Shown here: in pieces, positions 30,279 to 39,276 of the stretch
Layout: every line of letters begins with the position of its first letter
Position numbering within the stretch: position 1 is the first letter of the stretch
From: an uncultured Nitrospiraceae bacterium
Lineage (GTDB): Bacteria > Nitrospirota > Nitrospiria > Nitrospirales > Nitrospiraceae
Length of the DNA stretch: 64,000 nucleotides
NCBI GenBank assembly: GCA_963706325.1
Contig: CAVPLT010000007.1
Location: 192,001 to 256,000 of the forward strand
Reading direction: 5' to 3'
Position numbers and translations under genes: made by a program
Notes under the pieces: model-generated
Told to the model about the DNA's origin: nothing
What the model saw: only the letters and a program-made list of their open reading frames with translations
Database searches by the model: none

Positions 30279-30971
30279 ATGAGAAGGTATGTTGGAAAGA
30301 TCGGCGGCTCAATATTTTCGCTCTTGGCGCTTCAGTTAATGATACCTTCCTTCGGTGCTTCGGCGCAGGAAACGGAATCCACCAGGAAGGGTCATTGGGA
30401 AGTCATGCTGTCTCCTCAATATACGCTGGCAAAGAATCTCGGTTTCGAAGGGGGAACGACCGCCAAGATTGAGGATACCTTCGGCTTCGGGCTTCAGATA
30501 GGCTACAACCTCAATGACCATTGGAATTTGGCGGGGTTGTTCTCTTGGAGCCAGCCCGATTACCATGCGCTGGTCCAGCCGTCAGCGGGCAATCCTTTGC
30601 CGGCTCGGTCGACTAGCGGAACGCTCCAAACTAATACATTCGCCTTTGCGGTGACATATCATTTTTTGAAAGGTCCGTTGACTCCGTATGTCGACGCGAA
30701 TCTGGGTGGCTCTCACGTGAATACCGATATCGCTTCCGGTCCTCCCGTGGTCGGGTGTTATTGGGATCCATGGTACGGACAGATATGCGGTGGGTCTCAA
30801 CCGACTAAGTCCGACACCTTTCTCAGCTATGGCATCGGCGGAGGTCTGCGGTGGGACGTTAATCAAGTTTTTTTCTTGCGTGGAGGGGTGAGACAGCAAT
30901 GGGTAGACCTTTCCCATACGGGCACCCCCAGTTTCACGATGGTCAAACTGGATTTCGGGTTTAAATTCTAA
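30279..30971 (+). CDS. Outer-membrane beta-barrel protein (OmpW/OMP_b-brl-like)
   Basis: Signal peptide, TPYV..., CYWDPWYGQIC loop, C-terminal FGFKF. Confidence 0.85.
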   Translation: MRRYVGKIGGSIFSLLALQLMIPSFGASAQETESTRKGHWEVMLSPQYTLAKNLGFEGGTTAKIEDTFGFGLQIGYNLNDHWNLAGLFSWSQPDYHALVQPSAGNPLPARSTSGTLQTNTFAFAVTYHFLKGPLTPYVDANLGGSHVNTDIASGPPVVGCYWDPWYGQICGGSQPTKSDTFLSYGIGGGLRWDVNQVFFLRGGVRQQWVDLSHTGTPSFTMVKLDFGFKF

Positions 30972-31018
30972 CGTAAGATTCAGACCAACTGGCATTCGAT
31001 TGTAAAACCAAGGAGGCA

Positions 31019-31564
31019 GTGATGCATGTGACCAAATTTGCCCTGATCTTGATGAGTGGTGTCTTGTGCCAGGCCTGTGCCTCAGATCCACAGCAGGCCA
31101 AGCCGAGCAGTGCCGCGACAACGGCGAGCCGTCCCAGTGCGACTGCGACAAAACAGCGCACGGACAGTACGAACATGCAGATCTTGTGGGACAAGGTGAA
31201 AGCAGATAAGAAGCTGCTCGTTGCGCAGAACATGGACCTCACGGAGGCCGAAGCCGCCAAGTTCTGGCCGCTGTACAAGGAGTACCAACGGGAGCTGGAT
31301 CTCATCAATCAGCGCATGGCTGGAACGATCTCCGATTACGCAGATGCCTACAGGAGTGGCCCTGTCGAGGACGAAACTGCATCGAAACTGCTCGGGGAAG
31401 CGTTGGCTGTGGAAGAGTCGGAGGTGGCATTGAAAAAATCGTATGCCGACAAGGTCAGCGAGGTGTTGCCGGCAGCCAAGGCGGCGCGCTATATCCAAAT
31501 CGAAACAAAGATCCGATCGCTGCTGCGACTCGAGCTGGCACGAGCGATTCCATTGGTCTCGTGA
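31019..31564 (+). CDS. Hypothetical lipoprotein (helical; paralog family of 12824-13405)
   Basis: Lipobox-like CQAC; DKKLLV..NMDLT..E...FWPLY..YQ, KAARYIQIE.K. Confidence 0.8.
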   Translation: MMHVTKFALILMSGVLCQACASDPQQAKPSSAATTASRPSATATKQRTDSTNMQILWDKVKADKKLLVAQNMDLTEAEAAKFWPLYKEYQRELDLINQRMAGTISDYADAYRSGPVEDETASKLLGEALAVEESEVALKKSYADKVSEVLPAAKAARYIQIETKIRSLLRLELARAIPLVS

Positions 31565-31935
31565 AGCCTGTGCGGCCACAGCGTTTTCTTGGCACGGAGG
31601 TTATGGCGAGTGGATCAGAGCGACGCATGAGAAGCAGCGATTCGCCGCTACTGGGTCCATCCGGACGAACCGGAGGGCCACCGAGAGATGCGATTGATCT
31701 GCGCGCTGAATGCAGTAGCCCGAATCGCGCCTGTCATCGTGCAGCTGCTGGAAGTTGAATTCGTTGCCCGAGTGGGAGGTGATCTCGGGTTGAGTGAAAG
31801 CAAGCCAAGATACGCAATGAGGTCACATCCCTCATTCGATAATATTGCCGAATTCGACGTCAGCTGTGGCGACCATGCCGGACATCCCTGATTGAATGCA
31901 ACGCAAGTAATTGAAGGCGAGATCTCCGTAGAAGT

Positions 31936-32850
31936 ATGTCGAGCCCGTCAGACAGGTCATCCGGGCCAGAAACGCGCCAGATTGTTTCACCTCGAGCAGA
32001 AGCCGAATGCAATGGTCGAAGCCGGTTGAGTCGCATGTCCTGTCGCCGGTGGCGCCAAGCGCGCTTCAGGACAACGCATTGTCTGGTCAAATGGGCCGGG
32101 TTGTGGGGGATCGTCCTATTGCTGAGCGGTTGCGCCAGTTCGCTCTACGGCTGGCAATCCCGCACCAATTCAACCCCTGTCGGCTCGTCCTTTCATGCCG
32201 ATTTGCTGAAAGATCGAGCGGTGGCGCTGTTTCCCGCGGTGACGAGTCCGGGTCTTCGCGGCAACGAGGCGGCGATTCCCTTTTACCTCTGGGATGTTGT
32301 TCGGAAACTGGCTCCGACATGGAAGACGATAACTGCAAGAGAGACAGTGTCACGCATCAATGGCCAAGGGTTGGCAGACGACTATATTAAGTTGATGCTG
32401 GATTATGAGCCAACCTCTATCCTCAATCGGGATCTGTTAAGGAAAATCGCTGGTGCCCTCGGCGTGCGGTACGTCTTTCAGCCTCGTCTGATCTTCTTCG
32501 TGCAGACGATGACGGATCGTTGGAAAGTGCCCGCTTTCGATGTGCGGATTGCGCAGACTCGTTCGAGCATTATGCGACTGTCACTGCAATTGTGGGACGT
32601 GGAAAACGGTGAGCTGGTATGGGTCTCGGTTGCCGAAACAAACATGGCGAACGAAGCGGTCTCGCAGGACCCCGTGTATCTGGAGGATATTGCCCGAGCC
32701 ACCCTGGGCAGCATGATGGCCGATCTCATGACAGGCAAGACCGCTTCACGATATACCCCACTAAATGAATTAGTTAATAATCTCATTCAGGAAGCCATGC
32801 CCAAAGAAAAGTCAGGTCAAGAAGTCCAAAGCCAAACGACACATGAGTGA
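31936..32850 (+). CDS. Hypothetical lipoprotein (start uncertain)
   Basis: Internal lipobox LLSGC; LQLWD...GELVW motif; overlaps the next gene. Confidence 0.72.
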   Translation: MSSPSDRSSGPETRQIVSPRAEAECNGRSRLSRMSCRRWRQARFRTTHCLVKWAGLWGIVLLLSGCASSLYGWQSRTNSTPVGSSFHADLLKDRAVALFPAVTSPGLRGNEAAIPFYLWDVVRKLAPTWKTITARETVSRINGQGLADDYIKLMLDYEPTSILNRDLLRKIAGALGVRYVFQPRLIFFVQTMTDRWKVPAFDVRIAQTRSSIMRLSLQLWDVENGELVWVSVAETNMANEAVSQDPVYLEDIARATLGSMMADLMTGKTASRYTPLNELVNNLIQEAMPKEKSGQEVQSQTTHE

Positions 32851-33274
32851 TCGAAGCGAGTTCAACCAACAAACAACGGAGGTTGTCATGTCATACCACG
32901 CAAAGACATTGCTACGTATCATCGGTCTTCCGTTGATGATCGTCTGTCTCAATGGCTGCTCGACTACGGAAACCATCAATGATTTTTTGTCTTCGACAAC
33001 CCCCGGTGATTGGTATAACCGCGATGGGATGCCCAAAGCGGAACATAAAGTCGACGTATTCGTCGCGATCAATATCGATAATCTAAAAGCCGATTTGGCG
33101 AGAGGACAGGGCGAATATCTTGAAGCGCTGAGCGTGCTCCTTACGGTAGCCATTGATCGCCGGCAGGAGTTTTCGATGCGTGCGCAGAACGAATACAGCC
33201 GGCTTGCAAATCAGGATAGGGCTGCGGTTACGGAGGCCTTGGTCGCGCTCTCGCAGGGATTGCGTGACGCCTGA
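32843..33274 (+). CDS. DUF3015-family lipoprotein
   Basis: LNGC lipobox; NLKADLARGQGEYLEAL motif. Confidence 0.8.
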   Translation: MSDRSEFNQQTTEVVMSYHAKTLLRIIGLPLMIVCLNGCSTTETINDFLSSTTPGDWYNRDGMPKAEHKVDVFVAINIDNLKADLARGQGEYLEALSVLLTVAIDRRQEFSMRAQNEYSRLANQDRAAVTEALVALSQGLRDA

Positions 33275-33467
33275 TTTGCCGAGCCGCGTTTGATAGCGCG
33301 TTCAGCCTAGCGGGAATGGCGGGATGTGCCATGCCGATTGGAACCCGCCACCTGTTAGGCCCGCACATGGTGGGCCGCGTCCTCATTTTCAACAGGCACA
33401 GACCGAGAGAGATGCGGATGAACAGACGTTTCGATTCATCGAGCGCAGCAACGAGGATGGAAATGCC

Positions 33468-33899
33468 ATGCTGAACAAATTGTTTCTGATATCCACAGTG
33501 CTCTTCTCGACACTCCTCATGGCCGGTTGCGCTGAGATGCAGTCGATGGGCGGTTCAGATGTATTGATGAAAATGCTCACGAGTCAACTGGGCGTGACGA
33601 GTGATCAAGCGAAGGGTGGGGTCGGGTCTGAACTCACCCTGGCGAAGGAAAAGTTGCCGAGCACGGATTTCAATGCACTGGCCAAGGCTATTCCGGGGTC
33701 CGATACCTATATGAAAGCAGCGAAGGACCTCGGTGCGGTGACTGGCCCCCTTGGAGATAAGGCAGGGTTACAGTCCGCTTTTCAGCGCTTGGGAATGCAG
33801 TCGGGAATGGTGGACAAGTTTTCGGGTCTCCTGTCGGACTTTGCCGGGAAGATGGGAGGGGAGCCAGTCAAGAATGCTTTGGCCGCGGTACTGAAGTAA
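33468..33899 (+). CDS. DUF2780-family lipoprotein
   Basis: MAGC lipobox; LTSQLGVT..QA.GG.G..L..AK, F..LG....MV.KF. Confidence 0.8.
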   Translation: MLNKLFLISTVLFSTLLMAGCAEMQSMGGSDVLMKMLTSQLGVTSDQAKGGVGSELTLAKEKLPSTDFNALAKAIPGSDTYMKAAKDLGAVTGPLGDKAGLQSAFQRLGMQSGMVDKFSGLLSDFAGKMGGEPVKNALAAVLK

Positions 33900-33960
33900 G
33901 CAACCGCTACAGCGGCGGCCGGATGATGTCTCCACATGACAGCCTAAAAAGGCGGCAAAA

Positions 33961-34461
33961 ATGAACACCTCTTCATTGGCAAACATGTCCGTTGGGTGGT
34001 CCATCCTGGTGGCCGGGATCTTTTCCGCAACGTGCGCGACAGTCCCACCCGGCATCGAGCCACCGAAGATATCCATTGCGAACATTGCGCCCAAGGACGT
34101 CGCCTTTTTTGAACAGCGCTTTGACGTCCAACTCCGAATCCAAAATCCCAATGAGAAGGAACTGAGCCTAACCGGAATGCGATTCGAGATCGACCTGAAC
34201 GAAAAAGAATTTGCCTACGGCATGACCGGGGAGAAGGTGATCGTGCCTCGCTTTGGCTCACAGGTCGTCAACGTCGAGGTCATCACCGGCCTCAGCAGTT
34301 TTCTCCGTCAGATACAGGAATTGAATAAGACGGGTACCGGTAAGATTCGCTATCGCATCAAAGGCACAGCGTTTGTGGACAGCCCTGGCATTTTCAAGCT
34401 GCCGTTCGATGAAAAGGATGAAATCGATCTTGGCTTCGCCCAGGCGTCTGAGCAGCAATAG
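33961..34461 (+). CDS. LEA type 2 (WHy) family protein
   Basis: EQRF.V.LRIQNPN motif, YRIKGT. Confidence 0.85.
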   Translation: MNTSSLANMSVGWSILVAGIFSATCATVPPGIEPPKISIANIAPKDVAFFEQRFDVQLRIQNPNEKELSLTGMRFEIDLNEKEFAYGMTGEKVIVPRFGSQVVNVEVITGLSSFLRQIQELNKTGTGKIRYRIKGTAFVDSPGIFKLPFDEKDEIDLGFAQASEQQ

Positions 34462-34627
34462 CTCCTCAAGAGGCACACGTCATGACCGGCGGAACAAGGA
34501 TGAGTCCGGCAGGTGCGGCCGCACTCATGTCGGTATTGGGCAATATACTGAATACTGATGATCGCAGCTGGTCGGACATGACGTTCATACAAAGGGATTC
34601 TCAGGATAAAATTCTCCTGACGCTCAG

Positions 34628-34657
34628 ACACGGATTCAAATCCCGTTGGGGCCACTA
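34628..34657 (+). other. tRNA 3'-end fragment (Glu-like); probable att-site scar
   Basis: ACACGGATTCAAATCCCGTTGGGGCCACTA resembles a T-arm plus acceptor 3' strand. No 5' half upstream; adjacent to an integrase remnant. Confidence 0.65.
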
Positions 34658-34730
34658 ACTTTTTCCCTGCAGTTGGCAACGACCGCCGATTCACATCCCG
34701 CCATTGCGCCAAATTTGTGATAGTCACCTT

Positions 34731-35000
34731 TTAAAACCTGTACGCTTCCCGCACATTCTCCGGCGCGAGGTGCGCATATCGCTGGATCATCCGTCCGTCA
34801 CGATGGCCAAGCAACCGTTGCACCCTGTAGAGATCCACTCCTCGCTGCAGGAGCGCAGGGGCGAAGGTGTGCCGTAGGTCGTGAAAGCGGAAGTTCGTCA
34901 CCACCAACGGACTCACAGGCTTGCCGAAAGGCCGTCGTCACCATGTCCGGTGTGACCGGTTCCCTGTCCGGAGTGGTTTGAAGAAACACGGAACCGATCG
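34731..35000 (-). pseudogene. Tyrosine recombinase/integrase C-terminal remnant (frameshifted)
   Basis: FRFHDLRHTFA...VQRLLGH...MIQRYAHL; the preceding VTTAFRQAC is in another frame; no N-terminus. Confidence 0.85.
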
Positions 35001-35066
35001 CTAACGGTCGACAGGGTTTTAGGACTTCCATGGGCTCCTTCGCGGGATTGCATGGGGAATGCCCAC

Positions 35067-35082
35067 CTGTCAATTGTGACAG
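35067..35082 (+). promoter_or_regulatory. lux-box-like palindrome (perfect) upstream of the DcaP/sda/pta/ack/pfl run
   Basis: acCTGTCAATTGTGACAGtt; TAACAT at 35105, 30.5 bp from the centre. Confidence 0.72.
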
Positions 35083-35327
35083 TTCCTTTTTTTTTCTGCC
35101 TTAGTAACATCCCCACCGACATTTACCTCGCTTAAGTACAATTCAATCCGCGTTGCGCGCGCGATGGAGAATATCGGTGAGAAGTTGGGTCTGAACCCGT
35201 TTAGCCCGGCCAATTGAGGTTCATCCTTACGCTTGTCCGAGGCTAGCCGGGAGGTGACTGATGCAGTGGTTGGTAGAGACGCTTCAAGGTGACCCCGCGA
35301 TCGCCATCTTCCCCGCTCTAGCTCTGG

Positions 35328-35516
35328 GTTGCTGTTGTTCGCTCGTCTCGCACCGGCAGTGTGGTCACCGCTCGGAACGTCGAACTGAATGACGACGAAC
35401 TTGGCTTCGTTGCCTCGATGGAGCTGAATGCCCAGAAGGCAAGGATACCCCTCATGCTGGGCCTGACCAAGACCAGCGACGCAGGGGAGTCGCAGAAACT
35501 GTTCAATACATACTGA
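35328..35516 (+). pseudogene. ansB: C-terminal remnant of a type II L-asparaginase/glutaminase
   Basis: Manual translation VAVVRSSRTGSVVTARNVELNDDELGFVASMELNAQKARIPLMLGLTKTSDAGESQKLFNTY*; no N-terminal catalytic domain. Confidence 0.8.
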
Positions 35517-35539
35517 TTCGAACGGTGGACAGATCCCTC

Positions 35540-35734
35540 ATGAAGGAACCAGGACGAAGGTCTCTCCTCGCAAGCTATGCCGCGGTCTGCGTAAGTTTGG
35601 GCGCCTGCGCGTATGACCCGTCGTCTAGGGACGACTATGAGGTTCCAAAGCACATTCGAGAACGTCAGACATTGCGGCAAGACCCCTACGCCGATCCAAG
35701 ACCGAACAATGCGCCAGTCGATCCTCATTACTAG
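35540..35734 (+). CDS. Small lipoprotein (64 aa) sharing a 29-aa motif with the downstream DcaP protein
   Basis: Lipobox SLGAC; EVPKHIRERQTLRQDPYADPRPNNAPVDP. Confidence 0.6.
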   Translation: MKEPGRRSLLASYAAVCVSLGACAYDPSSRDDYEVPKHIRERQTLRQDPYADPRPNNAPVDPHY

Positions 35735-35800
35735 GATTTCTCAATGGGCCGGTGTCTCGTGTAGATCGACATGGGGGACAGGGGGAAAGGGAGGGCAACT

Positions 35801-37351
35801 ATGAGCGGAATAGACCGAGTTTATCCCTCGGTGAATGTGGGCCAAGCACGGACTAGCAATTCAGCGGGACAGGGGTTCGCTCAATTTCTTGCGCTCAGTC
35901 TTATGGTGATTGCGGTCAACGGCAGCCTACTGATCTTGCCAAAAGCGGTTCATTCGCAGGTAGAAGGCCCCGAACGCTCAGCCGAGTCCGATGAAGTGTT
36001 AAAAGAACGGGTGAGATCGCTGGAACGGACGGTGGAAGAGCTGAAGAAAGATCGTGGCTCACCTAAGGTCGGGGAGAGTAACGTCAAGCCCGATGAGGGG
36101 TATCAGGCTCCTACGGCGGGCACGAGCACTGAAGTTCCTGAACATCAACGTGAACGCGGAATGCTGCGTCAAGATAATTATGCTGGGCCTCGAGTCGACA
36201 ATGCTCCGTTCGATCCAAAAATGAGAGGGTTTTTTAGACTCCCCGGCACGAGCACCATGTTGCGCGTCGGAGGCTTTGCGAGAACGGACCTCATCCACGA
36301 CTTTTCACCGGCCGGAAACACTTCGAAGTTCATTCCGTCGTCCATTCCGACCGGACCGAATCCAGGAAACGACAATACGAGCCTGAGCGTAGCTCCCTCC
36401 AGGCTTAGTTTGGAACTGCGGAACAACACGAATTATGGTCCTCTGCGTATTTATTTTGAGAATGACTTCAACAACGGCCCGAACACAACAAACAGCTTCC
36501 GGCTGCGCCATTTCTATGGCCAATGGCAAAACATTCTTATCGGGCAGACGTGGTCGGCCTGGGAAGACGCGGATGTGATTCCCGACACGGTGGATTTCGA
36601 AGGGCCGAACTCATGGATTTTTAGACTCCAACCCCAAATCCGGTACACCTACGCCATGAATAAAGAGAACATTCTTGCGGCTTCTGTCGAGCAACCGAAC
36701 ACGGAGCTACCCAGCGCAGTGACTCTCCCCGGCGGCTCTGTCAACCTGAATGCGACCAGCCCGATCCCTGACTTTGTCGTCCGATACCGGCACGAGCAGG
36801 ACAAATTCCACATTCAAAATGCCTGGTTGGTTCGCTCTCTCGGGGGATTTGTCGGCGGGTCGGGAGAAAAGCAGGTCCTTGGGTGGGGCGGCATGCTGTC
36901 GGCTGCGGCCACGGTGTATGGCAAGGACAACGTGATGCTCCAAGGTATCATCGGGGAAGGGATTGCCCGCTACATCAATGACCTTGGCTCGGGTACCGCA
37001 CTCGACGTTGGCATCAGGCCGGACGGATCGATCATCGCCTTGCCGGCTTATGGAGCCTACGCCGCATATCAGCATTTTTGGGCTGAAAAATGGCGTTCGA
37101 CAGTCACCTATGGATATTTGCACGTCAATACGACCAACGTCGCAGGCCCCTCAGTCACCGGCAACTCCAACACTGCGTTCAAAAGCAGTCAGTATGCAGA
37201 AGGCAACCTGATGTACAGTCCTGGCGCAGGCTTCACAGTCGGGGCAGGGTTGCTGTGGGGGCAACACGTTGAAAAGGACGGTTCCCGCGGCGATGCGTTC
37301 CGCCTGAACTTTGTCTTGCAGTACGACCTTGTGAATCTTGGGAACTGGTGA
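35801..37351 (+). CDS. DcaP-family trimeric outer-membrane porin
   Basis: Coiled-coil N-terminus, F.LPGT.T.LR.GG, FRLRHFYG, GQTWS.F/W.D, DFEGP, PDFV.RYR. Confidence 0.87.
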   Translation: MSGIDRVYPSVNVGQARTSNSAGQGFAQFLALSLMVIAVNGSLLILPKAVHSQVEGPERSAESDEVLKERVRSLERTVEELKKDRGSPKVGESNVKPDEGYQAPTAGTSTEVPEHQRERGMLRQDNYAGPRVDNAPFDPKMRGFFRLPGTSTMLRVGGFARTDLIHDFSPAGNTSKFIPSSIPTGPNPGNDNTSLSVAPSRLSLELRNNTNYGPLRIYFENDFNNGPNTTNSFRLRHFYGQWQNILIGQTWSAWEDADVIPDTVDFEGPNSWIFRLQPQIRYTYAMNKENILAASVEQPNTELPSAVTLPGGSVNLNATSPIPDFVVRYRHEQDKFHIQNAWLVRSLGGFVGGSGEKQVLGWGGMLSAAATVYGKDNVMLQGIIGEGIARYINDLGSGTALDVGIRPDGSIIALPAYGAYAAYQHFWAEKWRSTVTYGYLHVNTTNVAGPSVTGNSNTAFKSSQYAEGNLMYSPGAGFTVGAGLLWGQHVEKDGSRGDAFRLNFVLQYDLVNLGNW

Positions 37352-37604
37352 CCGCTTGTCGATGTTGGGCGCCGAATCCACAGTCAGCAGGTCCACCACC
37401 GTTCATACGGGCATCGAATATTGAATTGAAACAGGCGTCGCGCCTGCCCCCTGCTCGCAGAACAGTCCTCAGGCGGTCCTGTACGAGCGCGATGGCCAGA
37501 AGGGCGCGAGCAGCTATGACGAAATACAACAGGGTAAAACCTCAATCACCTCAGTCGATGAGTTTTCCGAACCTGATTACATTGTTCAAAAAAGGGGGGC
37601 CGAC

Positions 37605-39248
37605 ATGAGCGACCATGAAAAGACGCATGCCGTTGATCTGCATTTTGGAAACCAAACACGTGAAGCCGACCGGGAAGATCCGCTTGGCCGCACGGACCGG
37701 TTAATTTCAGGTGAGATCCCACCTGGTGTCGATCGCCGCACATTCTTGATGCGGAGCGCGCTGATCGGGGCAACTGCGGTGATGTTAGGTCGCTCTGTCA
37801 GCGCCGAGGAGAGGACAGAGCGGTCCACCGCGGAGCCACCGCCGCTTTCCAAAGATCTGAACGTCGTAAAGAAGGAGAAGGGCCCCGTGATGACGACGGT
37901 GGACGAGTTTTACAAAGTCGGGCCCGGCCCATCGAGTTCACACACGATCGGCCCGATGCGCATTACCTATGATTTCTACCAACGTTGTACCAAACTGCCG
38001 GTGGACAAGCTTGAGAAGGCAACCGCGCTCAAGGTTCATTTGTATGGCAGCCTCAGCGCAACGGGCAAAGGGCATGGCACGGAACGGGCCTCGCTTGCGG
38101 GGTTGGTCGGGAAGGAGCCGGCAACCGTTGACCCCGCGTTTCTCGACAGCCTGCGCGATCAGCCTGACCAGTCGTTTCCGGTGAAGCTCGGCAGCAAGAC
38201 CCTGGATGTAAACCTCAAGGACATCGTCTATGACGCTCCCAAAGGCGACTTCCCGCATCCGAACACCATGACCTGCAAGCTCATGGCGGGTAAGGATGCA
38301 TTACTGGAGCAAGAGTACTACTCTGTGGGCGGCGGATTCATTGAATGGAAAGGATACCAGCCTCCGAAGAAAAACCCGCCGAAGTACCCGTTCTCAACCA
38401 TGAAAGAACTCCGGCACCATGCCGAGACAAACGACTTGACGATTGCCCAAGTCATCCTGGCCAACGAGATGTCCATCACTGGGAGAAGCGAGGCAGAGGT
38501 CTACGCCTTTATTGATAAAATCACGAATGCCATGGTGGCCACCGTCAAGTCAGGACTCAATGCACCGGAAGACGATGTGCTGCCTGGTCCGATTAAGCTG
38601 CATAGTAAAGCGGCAGTCGTGTACAAACGCGCCATGAATGATGAGTATCAGACGGATCGCGCCATTGGCGTCGTGTCCGCGTGGGCGCTGGCGGCGTCCG
38701 AGGAAAACGGCCGGGGGCATCTCGTCATCACCGCGCCGACAGGAGGGTCCGCGGGAGTCATGCCAGCCCTTGTCTATGGACTAAGCGAACAGCGCAAGCT
38801 TCCGGCAGAAAAGATCCGCCAGGGCATGCTTGCGGCGGCGGCGATTGGTTACCTGTGCAAACACAATGCGACGCTATCTGCAGCCGAGGGCGGCTGCCAG
38901 GCCGAAATCGGCGTTGCGTCAGCGATGGCCGCGGCCTTCCTCACGACCGCATACGATGCAAGTGCCCATGTCGTCGAGAACGCGGCGGAGTCCGCACTGG
39001 AACATCACCTGGGAATGACCTGCGACCCGGTTGCAGGATTCGTTCAGGTCCCATGCATTGAGCGATGCGCGTTCGGCGCCGTCAAGGCCTGGACCGCTTA
39101 CGCGATCGCCACCAATGAGATCGCAAGCAGACATCGGGTTGATTTGGACGCAACGATCACGGCGATGGCTCAGACCGCGAAGGAGATGAACAGCAAGTAC
39201 AAGGAAACGAGCGAAGCCGGATTAGCTCTCTCCGTGACGCTCTGCTAA
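37605..39248 (+). CDS. sdaA: L-serine ammonia-lyase (Fe-S, single chain) with a twin-arginine N-terminal extension
   Basis: GPGPSSSHTIGPM, YGSLSATGKGHGT, TAPTGGSAG, GGCQAEIG, LGMTCDPV.G.VQVPCIER, KYKETS. Confidence 0.93.
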   Translation: MSDHEKTHAVDLHFGNQTREADREDPLGRTDRLISGEIPPGVDRRTFLMRSALIGATAVMLGRSVSAEERTERSTAEPPPLSKDLNVVKKEKGPVMTTVDEFYKVGPGPSSSHTIGPMRITYDFYQRCTKLPVDKLEKATALKVHLYGSLSATGKGHGTERASLAGLVGKEPATVDPAFLDSLRDQPDQSFPVKLGSKTLDVNLKDIVYDAPKGDFPHPNTMTCKLMAGKDALLEQEYYSVGGGFIEWKGYQPPKKNPPKYPFSTMKELRHHAETNDLTIAQVILANEMSITGRSEAEVYAFIDKITNAMVATVKSGLNAPEDDVLPGPIKLHSKAAVVYKRAMNDEYQTDRAIGVVSAWALAASEENGRGHLVITAPTGGSAGVMPALVYGLSEQRKLPAEKIRQGMLAAAAIGYLCKHNATLSAAEGGCQAEIGVASAMAAAFLTTAYDASAHVVENAAESALEHHLGMTCDPVAGFVQVPCIERCAFGAVKAWTAYAIATNEIASRHRVDLDATITAMAQTAKEMNSKYKETSEAGLALSVTLC

Positions 39249-39276
39249 ATCGAGCCGTGCGACCGATGAAGAATAG

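Noticed and set aside
34600..34660. Complete tRNA gene
   Set aside because: Only the T-arm and 3' acceptor strand are present; no 5' acceptor, D-arm or anticodon arm.
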